DNA from: Pseudomonadales bacterium | GTDB taxonomy: Bacteria > Pseudomonadota > Gammaproteobacteria > Pseudomonadales > M0112 | DNA length: 64,000 nucleotides | Direction: 5' to 3' | Assembly (NCBI GenBank): GCA_036568505.1 | Contig: DATCSK010000028.1 | Coordinates: 13,167 to 77,166 of the forward strand | Part shown: piece by piece, positions 56,021 to 64,000 of the stretch | Layout of the letters: every line of letters begins with the position of its first letter | Position numbering within the stretch: the first letter of the stretch is position 1 | Position numbers and translations under genes: made by a program | Notes under the pieces: model-generated | Seen by the model: only the letters and a program-made list of their open reading frames with translations | What the model was told of the DNA's origin: nothing | Database searches by the model: none

Positions 56021-58045
56021 ATGGAACGTCCATTTGTCATGCAAGCACCGTTTGAGCCGGCGGGCGATCAGCCTGCGGCCATTGAACGTTTGTGCGCAGG
56101 CCTGGCCGATGGCTTGGCGTCTCAGGTGTTGCTGGGGGTGACCGGTTCGGGCAAGACCTATACCGCAGCCAAGGTGATTGAGGCCGTGCAGCGACCCACC
56201 ATGGTGTTGGCGCCCAATAAAACACTGGCCGCCCAGCTTTATGGGGAGTTCCGCGAATTCTTCCCATCCAATGCCGTCGAGTATTTCGTTTCTTATTACG
56301 ACTATTACCAGCCCGAGGCGTACGTGCCGGCCTCGGACACCTTTATTGAGAAAGATGCCTCGGTCAACGAGCACATTGAGCAGATGCGCTTGTCAGCCAC
56401 CAAAGCACTATTGGAGCGTCGGGATTGTCTGGTGGTGGCCACGGTGTCTGCGATTTATGGTCTGGGCGACCCGAAATCGTATCTGGGTATGATTTTGCAT
56501 CTCGTGAAAGGCGATCAACTGGATCAGCGTTTTTTGCTGCGCCGCCTGGCCGAGATGCAATACGACCGCAATGATGTGGATTTCTGGCGCGGCACCTATC
56601 GGGTACGCGGCGATGTGATTGATATTTATCCGGCCGACTCCGACAGTGAAGCGATTCGGGTCGAGCTGTACGACGATGAAATTGAGCGGCTGTCGCTGTT
56701 TGATCCTTTAACCGGCGAAGTGCTGGGTAAATTGCCGCGTTATACCGTGTACCCGAAAACCCACTACGTCACCCCGCGTGAAACGGTATTAAAAGCGGCC
56801 GATGCCGTTGAGCAGGAATTGGCCGAGCGCTTGAAGCAATTGCGTGAGCTCGACAAATTGGTGGAAGCGCAGCGGCTGGAGCAGCGCACCCGTTACGACA
56901 TCGAGATGATGCGGGAGCTGGGTTACTGCAACGGCATCGAAAATTATTCGCGCTATTTATCCGGTCGCGAGCCGGGCGAGGCACCGCCAACGTTATTCGA
57001 TTACCTCCCGCACGATGCGCTGCTGATTGTGGACGAGTCGCACGTCACGATCCCTCAATTGGGTGGCATGTATAAAGGGGATCGCTCACGCAAGACGACA
57101 TTGGTCGAGTATGGTTTTCGCCTGCCCTCGGCACTCGATAACCGGCCGATGCGGTTCGATGAATGGGAGCGTGTTGCCCCGCAATCATTGTATGTGTCGG
57201 CCACGCCAAGCCAGTATGAGCTTGAGCATGCCGGGCAAGTGGTGGAGCAAGTGGTACGCCCCACCGGCTTGTTGGATCCGCTGGTGATAGTGCGTCCGGC
57301 CGGCACGCAAGTGGAAGATCTGTTGTCTGAAATCGGGCGGACCGTTGCCGCCGGCTATCGTGTGCTGGTGACGACCTTAACAAAGCGCATGTCGGAAGAT
57401 CTAACGGAATACCTGCATGAAAACGGCGTGCGGGTGCGCTACCTGCACTCGGGTGTCGAAACGGTTGAACGGGTTGAAATCATCCGGGACCTGCGTTTGG
57501 GGGAGTTCGATGTGCTGGTCGGTATCAACCTGCTTCGAGAAGGCCTGGATATGCCGGAAGTCGCGTTGGTCGCCATCCTTGATGCCGACAAAGAAGGCTT
57601 TTTGCGATCCGATCGCTCCCTGATTCAAACCATCGGCCGTGCTGCCCGTAACGCCGAGGGCCGGGCCATTCTGTATGCCGATAAAATAACCGGCTCCATG
57701 CAGCGCGCCATGGAAGAAACCGCACGGCGCCGCGAAAAACAGGAGGCGTTTAACGCAGAGCACGGCATTGAGCCGAAAACCATTACCAAAGCCGTCATGG
57801 ACGTGATGGAGGGGGCGCGGACAGCCCGGCGGCCGGGGCAGAAAAGTCGCCGGCGGCAAGCAGAAGCTGCTGCCGAGGCCGAGCTCAGCAGCTTGTCAGC
57901 GGCAGAACTCAGCCGTGAAATGGACCGCGTGGAGAAAGCCATGCACGAGCATGCCCGCAATCTGGAGTTTGAAGACGCGGCTGCCTTACGGAATCGGCTG
58001 GCTGCTTTAAGAGAACGTTGGGTATTGATGCCAGAGAACGGTTGA
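56021..58045 (+). CDS. uvrB: excinuclease ABC subunit B
   Basis: 674 aa. Contains [11 protein letters not shown], Walker A GVTGSGKT, helicase motifs, and the C-terminal UVR domain ([11 protein letters not shown]). Confidence 0.97.
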   Translation: MERPFVMQAPFEPAGDQPAAIERLCAGLADGLASQVLLGVTGSGKTYTAAKVIEAVQRPTMVLAPNKTLAAQLYGEFREFFPSNAVEYFVSYYDYYQPEAYVPASDTFIEKDASVNEHIEQMRLSATKALLERRDCLVVATVSAIYGLGDPKSYLGMILHLVKGDQLDQRFLLRRLAEMQYDRNDVDFWRGTYRVRGDVIDIYPADSDSEAIRVELYDDEIERLSLFDPLTGEVLGKLPRYTVYPKTHYVTPRETVLKAADAVEQELAERLKQLRELDKLVEAQRLEQRTRYDIEMMRELGYCNGIENYSRYLSGREPGEAPPTLFDYLPHDALLIVDESHVTIPQLGGMYKGDRSRKTTLVEYGFRLPSALDNRPMRFDEWERVAPQSLYVSATPSQYELEHAGQVVEQVVRPTGLLDPLVIVRPAGTQVEDLLSEIGRTVAAGYRVLVTTLTKRMSEDLTEYLHENGVRVRYLHSGVETVERVEIIRDLRLGEFDVLVGINLLREGLDMPEVALVAILDADKEGFLRSDRSLIQTIGRAARNAEGRAILYADKITGSMQRAMEETARRREKQEAFNAEHGIEPKTITKAVMDVMEGARTARRPGQKSRRRQAEAAAEAELSSLSAAELSREMDRVEKAMHEHARNLEFEDAAALRNRLAALRERWVLMPENG

Positions 58046-58070
58046 GCCGCAACGGAGCGAGGCATATAAT
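58041..58070 (+). promoter_or_regulatory. sigma70-type promoter for tRNA-Val
   Basis: TTGAGC (58041-58046)-N18-TATAAT (58065-58070). It overlaps the uvrB stop, and the tRNA starts at 58083. Confidence 0.5.
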
Positions 58071-58082
58071 GCCGCCCCTTGC

Positions 58083-58159
58083 AGGCACGTAGCTCAGTTG
58101 GTTAGAGCACCACCTTGACATGGTGGGGGTCGTTGGTTCGAATCCGATCGTGCCTACCA
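58083..58159 (+). tRNA. tRNA-Val (anticodon GAC)
   Basis: 77 nt: AGGCACGTAGCTCAGTTGGTTAGAGCACCACCTTGACATGGTGGGGGTCGTTGGTTCGAATCCGATCGTGCCTACCA. Anticodon loop TTGACAT. Confidence 0.93.
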
Positions 58160-58168
58160 AATTCTTGG

Positions 58169-58203
58169 GGCGCTGCAGGCCATAGGCTGCAGTGCCTTTA
58201 TTC
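58169..58203 (+). terminator. intrinsic terminator-like hairpin after tRNA-Val
   Basis: GGCGCTGCAG(G)CC-ATA-GGCTGCAGTGCC forms about 12 bp with one bulge, followed by TTTATTCT. Confidence 0.6.
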
Positions 58204-58216
58204 TCGAACTCTTCAC

Positions 58217-58237
58217 GTGGCCTTTGGTAGCGGCCAC
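58217..58237 (+). promoter_or_regulatory. thrS leader hairpin with tRNA-Thr anticodon-like loop (putative ThrRS operator)
   Basis: GTGGCC-TTTGGTAGC-GGCCAC. The loop contains U-GGU-A. The hairpin ends 10 nt before SD AAGGAG (58247-58252), and the ATG is at 58260. Confidence 0.4.
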
Positions 58238-58259
58238 CACTGAATCAAGGAGTCTCGCA

Positions 58260-60185
58260 ATGCCTACGATTACCTTGCCCGATGGCAGTCAACGCCCATT
58301 CGATCAACCGGTGACGGTAGCCGACGTGGCCGCCAATATTGGTGCCGGCCTTGCCAAGGCCGCGCTTGCCGGTCGCGTTAATGGCGCATTGGTCGATACC
58401 AGTTATTGCATCACGGCCGATGCCGAGCTTGCCATTATTACCGACCGCGATGCCGAAGGTCTGGAAGTCATTCGGCACTCCACCGCGCATTTGTTGGCCA
58501 TGGCCGTACAGCAGTTATTCCCGGGTGCGCAGGTCACCATTGGGCCGGTGATTGAGGACGGTTTTTATTACGATTTTGCCTACGAGCGTGCATTCACGCC
58601 GGAAGATTTGGCGGCCATTGAAACGCGGATGCTGGCGCTATCGACGCAAGACTTGCCCGTTCAGCGTGAAGAGATGAGTCGTGAGCAGGCCGTAGAAGCC
58701 TTTAAAACCTTGGGTGAGCATTACAAGGTCGAGATCATTGAAAACCTGCCGGTCGGGGAGGCTATTTCGGTTTATCGCCAAGGGTCGTGGATGGATTTGT
58801 GCCGTGGCCCGCACGTGCCCTCTACCGGCAAATTGAAGTCATTCAAGCTCACCAAGGTCGCTGGAGCGTATTGGCGCGGCGATTCCAAGAACGCCATGTT
58901 GCAGCGGGTGTATGGCACGGCCTGGCCCGATAAAAAACAGTTGGCCGCGTATCTGAATCGTATCGAAGAAGCCGAGAAGCGCGATCACCGGCGGATTGGC
59001 AAGAAGTTTGATCTGTTCCACACGCAGGAAGAAGCGCCCGGCATGGTGTTCTGGCATCCGAAGGGCTGGGCCTTGTGGCAAGTGATTGAGCAATACATGC
59101 GGGCTGAGCAGCAGCGTCGCGGTTACCAGGAGATCCGCACACCGCAGGTGGTGGATTTCAGCTTATGGCAGAAATCCGGCCATGCCGATAAGTTCGGCAA
59201 GGACATGTTCACCCTGCAAGTGGAGGAGCGTGACTTCGCGGTCAAGCCGATGAACTGCCCTTGCCATGTGCAGGTGTTTAATCAAGGGTTGCGCAGTTAT
59301 CGTGATTTGCCGCTGCGCTTGGCCGAGTTCGGTTCCTGTCACCGCAACGAGCCGTCGGGCTCCCTGCACGGCATTATGCGGGTGCGAGGCTTTACGCAGG
59401 ATGATGCGCATATCTTCTGTGCTGAGGACAGCATTCAATCAGAAGTATCTGATTTTATTGATTTTCTTCATGATGTTTATGCGGATTTCGGGTTCTCCGA
59501 CATTATTTATCGTCTGTCAACGCGCCCGGAAAACCGGGTGGGCTCGGATGAGAGCTGGGACAAAGCCGAACAAGCGCTGGCAACGGCACTCGATAGCAAA
59601 GGCTTGCCGTGGGAAGAGTTGCCGGGCGAAGGCGCATTCTATGGTCCGAAGATCGAGTTCTCTTTGAAGGACTGTATCGGCCGTGTCTGGCAGGTGGGCA
59701 CGATTCAGGTTGATTTCTCGATGCCGGGCCGACTCGATGCCCAGTACGTGGCCGAAGACAGCTCGCGGCGGGTACCGGTGATGTTGCATCGGGCGATCTT
59801 GGGTTCGTTTGAACGTTTTATCGGTATTTTGATCGAGCATTACGAGGGAAACTTCCCGCTTTGGCTGGCGCCGGTTCAGGCCGTGGTGATGAATATCACC
59901 GACAAGCAGGCTCCTTGGGCAGCCGAAGTTGAAGAATCCTTGAAAAACAAAGGCTTTAGAGTCGAATCCGACTTGAGAAATGAGAAGATCGGCTTTAAAA
60001 TCCGCGAGCACACCATTCAGCGGGTCCCGTACCTGTTGGTGGTGGGCGACAAAGAAGTGGAAACCTGTACTGTGTCCGTGCGGACCCGAACCGGCGAAGA
60101 CTTGGGGAGTTTGTCTTTAGATAAGCTGCTCAACCACCTTGACCGGGATCTGGCTCGACGCGGTCGTATTGTTTTGGAGGATTGA
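58260..60185 (+). CDS. thrS: threonine--tRNA ligase
   Basis: Start at ATG 58260 ([24 protein letters not shown], the TGS domain), while the track ORF starts at 58224. Class II motifs and an anticodon-binding domain are present. Confidence 0.97.
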   Translation: MPTITLPDGSQRPFDQPVTVADVAANIGAGLAKAALAGRVNGALVDTSYCITADAELAIITDRDAEGLEVIRHSTAHLLAMAVQQLFPGAQVTIGPVIEDGFYYDFAYERAFTPEDLAAIETRMLALSTQDLPVQREEMSREQAVEAFKTLGEHYKVEIIENLPVGEAISVYRQGSWMDLCRGPHVPSTGKLKSFKLTKVAGAYWRGDSKNAMLQRVYGTAWPDKKQLAAYLNRIEEAEKRDHRRIGKKFDLFHTQEEAPGMVFWHPKGWALWQVIEQYMRAEQQRRGYQEIRTPQVVDFSLWQKSGHADKFGKDMFTLQVEERDFAVKPMNCPCHVQVFNQGLRSYRDLPLRLAEFGSCHRNEPSGSLHGIMRVRGFTQDDAHIFCAEDSIQSEVSDFIDFLHDVYADFGFSDIIYRLSTRPENRVGSDESWDKAEQALATALDSKGLPWEELPGEGAFYGPKIEFSLKDCIGRVWQVGTIQVDFSMPGRLDAQYVAEDSSRRVPVMLHRAILGSFERFIGILIEHYEGNFPLWLAPVQAVVMNITDKQAPWAAEVEESLKNKGFRVESDLRNEKIGFKIREHTIQRVPYLLVVGDKEVETCTVSVRTRTGEDLGSLSLDKLLNHLDRDLARRGRIVLED

Positions 60186-60718
60186 CCATCAAGCGCGATC
60201 AGGAAAAAGGGCGTAAGCACCTTCTCAATGAAGATATTCAGGCGCGTGAAGTACGCCTGGTAGGAGCGGATGGCGAGCAAGTGGGTATTGTGCCGCTTGC
60301 AGAAGCTATGCGTTTGGCTACAGAGGCCAGTCTTGATCTGGTTCAGATAGCCGACTCTGATCCGATTGTGTGCAAGATCATGGATTACGGCAAACAGTTG
60401 TTTGCCGCCAAGAAGCAGCAAAACGAAGCACGGAAGAAACAGGTACGGACGACGATCAAGGAGATCAAGTTCAGGCCAGGGACGGAAGAAGGGGATTATC
60501 AGGTCAAACTGCGCAACCTGATACGTTTCCTTGAACATGGGGATAAAGCCAAGATCACGCTGCGTTTTCGCGGTCGTGAAATGGCTCACCAAGAGTTAGG
60601 CATGCAGTTATTGAAGCGTGTCGAAACTGACTTGGCACCTTATGGTGCAGTTGAGCAGCATCCAAAAATGGAAGGCCGCCAACTCACCATGGTGATAGCC
60701 CCGAAAAAGAAGAAGTGA
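60182..60718 (+). CDS. infC: translation initiation factor IF-3 (non-AUG start)
   Basis: [34 protein letters not shown]...[45 protein letters not shown] parallels E. coli IF3. There is no in-frame ATG or GTG near the N-terminus. The candidates are TTG 60182 and ATC 60188, and ATC lies 6 nt after GGAGGA. Confidence 0.93.
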   Translation: MTIKRDQEKGRKHLLNEDIQAREVRLVGADGEQVGIVPLAEAMRLATEASLDLVQIADSDPIVCKIMDYGKQLFAAKKQQNEARKKQVRTTIKEIKFRPGTEEGDYQVKLRNLIRFLEHGDKAKITLRFRGREMAHQELGMQLLKRVETDLAPYGAVEQHPKMEGRQLTMVIAPKKKK

Positions 60719-60762
60719 CCGGGTGGTCATTTCGTAAACCTTTTAATGCGGAGTGAGAGACT

Positions 60763-60960
60763 ATGTCAAAAGCAAAAACCCATAGTGGTGCAAAAAAGCG
60801 ATTTAAACTGGCTGGTGGCGGCCGCATTAAGTGCAAGCATGCCAACAAGAGCCACATTCTTACCAAAATGACGACGAAGCGTAAGCGTCAACTGCGGGGC
60901 ACGGATCACATTGATCCCGCTGACCTGAATCGTGTTGAACGCATGCTGCGTATTCGTTAA
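60763..60960 (+). CDS. rpmI: 50S ribosomal protein L35
   Basis: 65 aa: [35 protein letters not shown]. Confidence 0.96.
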   Translation: MSKAKTHSGAKKRFKLAGGGRIKCKHANKSHILTKMTTKRKRQLRGTDHIDPADLNRVERMLRIR

Positions 60961-60986
60961 TCGTCTGATCTGGTAAGGAGAAAAGT

Positions 60987-61343
60987 ATGGCCCGTGTAAA
61001 ACGTGGAGTGACGGCACATCGCCGACACAAGAAAATATTGGATCAGGCGAAGGGTTACTACGGTGCCCGCAGCCGAGTCTTTCGTGTAGCAAAACAAGCC
61101 GTGACCAAGGCAGGCCAGTATGCCTACCGCGATCGCCGTCAGCGTAAGCGCCAATTCCGTGCGTTATGGATTGTGCGTATCAACGCAGGCAGTCGTGCCA
61201 ATGGTCTGAGCTATAGCCGCCTGATTGCCGGGTTGCGTAAAGCCAATATTGAGCTCGACCGTAAAGTGTTGGCCGATTTGGCGGTGAACGACAAAGATGC
61301 TTTTGCGGCCATTGTAGGTCAAGCAAAAGCTGCCCTGGCCTGA
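60987..61343 (+). CDS. rplT: 50S ribosomal protein L20
   Basis: 118 aa: [39 protein letters not shown]. Confidence 0.97.
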   Translation: MARVKRGVTAHRRHKKILDQAKGYYGARSRVFRVAKQAVTKAGQYAYRDRRQRKRQFRALWIVRINAGSRANGLSYSRLIAGLRKANIELDRKVLADLAVNDKDAFAAIVGQAKAALA

Positions 61344-61372
61344 GTCAGGCTGCGAGGCTTGCCTCGCAGTGA

Positions 61373-62455
<1,083 letters not shown>

Positions 62456-62473
62456 GGACGGGGAGAGAGCAGC

Positions 62474-64000
62474 ATGCAAGTGAGTGTCGCATGGTTGAAC
62501 GAATGGCTGGATAAGCCGGTTGTTGCCGATCAGCTCGCAGCACAGTTAACGATGGCTGGCCTTGAGGTCGATGCCGTGTTGCCGGTCGCGGGTGAATTTA
62601 GCGGTGTGGTGGTGGGTGAAATCATTGCGCGTGAAAAGCATCCCGAAGCCGACCGATTGTCGGTGTATCAGGTGTCGGATGGTACGGCTACATTTCAGGT
62701 GGTGTGCGGGGCCTCCAATGCAGCCGTGGGTCTAAAAATACCGTTCGCTAAAGTCGGTGCATTGCTGCCGGAAAACAAGGCCATAGGCCAGGCCAAACTG
62801 CGCGGCGTTGAATCCTTTGGCATGTTGTGCGGTGCCGATGAGCTCGGCCTGGACGACGATACGGATGGTTTGTTGGTATTGCCGGCAGAGGCGCCGCTGG
62901 GCGTCGACTTACGTGCATTTTTAAAGCTGGATGACCATACCCTTGAGTTGGATTTAACGCCGAATCGTGGCGATTGCCTGAGCCTGCGGGGTCTGGCGCG
63001 TGAAGTGGCGGCGCTGAATGCATTAGCCGTTGAAGAGCCGGCTATGCCGGACGTGGTTGCCTCAATTCAGGATGTGCCGGCGATACAGATTAAAGCAGCA
63101 GCATGCCCGCATTATGTGGGGCGAATTATCCGGAATGTTGATGCCGGCGCGAAGACGCCATTGTGGATGCGTGAGCGCTTGCGCCGTGCCGGTGTGCGCT
63201 CCATTGATGCCATTGTCGATGTTACCAACTACGTCATGTTGGAGCTGGGGCAGCCGATGCATGCGTTTGATTGCGCCAATATCAATGGCGGTATCACCGT
63301 GCGTTTGGCAGCGGCCGGCGAATCGTTGGTGTTGTTGGATGGCAGTAAAAAAACGTTGACCGAAAAGACATTGCTGATTGCCGATGATGCGGCACCATTA
63401 GCCATTGCCGGCGTGATGGGTGGGGTGCATTCCGCTGTTAATGAATCGACGCGCGACGTATTGCTTGAGGCGGCCTTTTTTGACGCGGTAGCCATGGCCG
63501 GTACGGCGCGTCAATACGGATTGCACACCGATAGCTCCCACCGTTTTGAGCGAGGCGTGGATCCGCAAGGCCAGCGGCGTGCTATTGAGCGTGCGACGGC
63601 GCTATTGCTCGATATCGTCGGCGGTCAAGCCGGTCCCGTGGTGGAGTCGTGCTCCGCACAGCAGGCTCCGGCCGATGCGGTGCTGTTGCGTCGTGATGCG
63701 ATAGAGCGTGTGTTGGGCCTTGCCATGCCGGATACCGACATTGTGGGCATTCTAAAAAGGCTGGGTTGTGATCCGCTGCCTCATCAGCTCGGTTGGCAGG
63801 TCTCGGTGCCGAGTTGGCGGTTTGATATCAGCCGTGAAGTGGATCTGATCGAAGAACTCGCCCGTGTTTATGGTTACAACCGGTTGCCGGTCGCGACACC
63901 GTCGTATGCCATGCAGCTGAAGCCATGTCCGGAAACGCAACGGTCAGACGATCGTTATCGCGATTTGCTGGTGGATCGGGGTTATCGCGAAGCCATTACC
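62474..64000 (+). CDS. pheT: phenylalanine--tRNA ligase beta subunit, 5' portion (runs off the right edge)
   Basis: Not in the ORF track because there is no stop in the window. From ATG 62474 after GGGAGAGAG the translation reads MQVSVAWLNEWLDKPVVADQLAAQLTMAGLEVDAV...GEIIAREKHPEADRLSVYQV (tRNA-binding domain), and B3/4 domain motifs follow. The frame is open to the window end. Confidence 0.95.
   Translation, partial: MQVSVAWLNEWLDKPVVADQLAAQLTMAGLEVDAVLPVAGEFSGVVVGEIIAREKHPEADRLSVYQVSDGTATFQVVCGASNAAVGLKIPFAKVGALLPENKAIGQAKLRGVESFGMLCGADELGLDDDTDGLLVLPAEAPLGVDLRAFLKLDDHTLELDLTPNRGDCLSLRGLAREVAALNALAVEEPAMPDVVASIQDVPAIQIKAAACPHYVGRIIRNVDAGAKTPLWMRERLRRAGVRSIDAIVDVTNYVMLELGQPMHAFDCANINGGITVRLAAAGESLVLLDGSKKTLTEKTLLIADDAAPLAIAGVMGGVHSAVNESTRDVLLEAAFFDAVAMAGTARQYGLHTDSSHRFERGVDPQGQRRAIERATALLLDIVGGQAGPVVESCSAQQAPADAVLLRRDAIERVLGLAMPDTDIVGILKRLGCDPLPHQLGWQVSVPSWRFDISREVDLIEELARVYGYNRLPVATPSYAMQLKPCPETQRSDDRYRDLLVDRGYREAIT

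Overview
This 64-kb window comes from a high-G+C gammaproteobacterial chromosome and is almost entirely coding. Most of it is conserved housekeeping sequence. The order mtaD-ubiG-HAD-yciK and gyrA-serC-pheA-hisC-tyrA-aroA-cmk-rpsA-ihfB-lapAB-pyrF-comEA-wbpL/wbpM-like ... tRNA-Asn-uvrB matches what I remember from Pseudomonas and marine relatives. Other core genes are alaS-lysC-csrA-tRNA-Ser, gltX-tRNA-Ala, pdxJ, the yciI/yciB/PHP/yciO-scpAB-rluB block and thrS-infC-rpmI-rplT-pheST. I support five tRNAs: Ser-GCU, Arg-ACG, Ala-GGC, Asn-GUU and Val-GAC. Four have readable sigma70-type promoters and all five have intrinsic terminators. Four genes are missing from the ORF track. csrA and a rubredoxin are under 60 aa. 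A response regulator and pheT run off the window edges. I saw no CRISPR array, IS element, integrase or rRNA. Three regions look worth follow-up. (1) At 1-4045 on the minus strand, a translationally coupled cassette of unknown product encodes a thermostable-hemolysin-family (GNAT-like) protein, an ANL adenylase, a heme-oxygenase-like di-iron protein and an SDR, and runs straight into a response regulator. (2) At 28.85-29.63 kb, a roughly 0.76-kb low-G+C insert between rluB and yciK carries a small zinc-ribbon protein and an unknown protein whose best start is separated from its body by an A7 frameshift. (3) At 50.4-55.8 kb, a five-gene operon inside a stripped-down O-antigen-type locus encodes a mycobacterial-style polyprenyl-phospho-ribose to arabinose pathway (UbiA phosphoribosyltransferase, DprE1-like, DprE2-like). 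It differs from the mycobacterial version by a fused HAD domain, a flippase-like membrane protein and a DHH/DHHA1 phosphoesterase. Smaller observations are a Rieske/GST/steroid-5-alpha-reductase/SDR neighbourhood, a perfect CRP-type palindrome upstream of an unknown 70-aa gene, leader structures before thrS and pheS, and a non-AUG infC start. All functional calls rest on motif recognition by eye and no searches were run.
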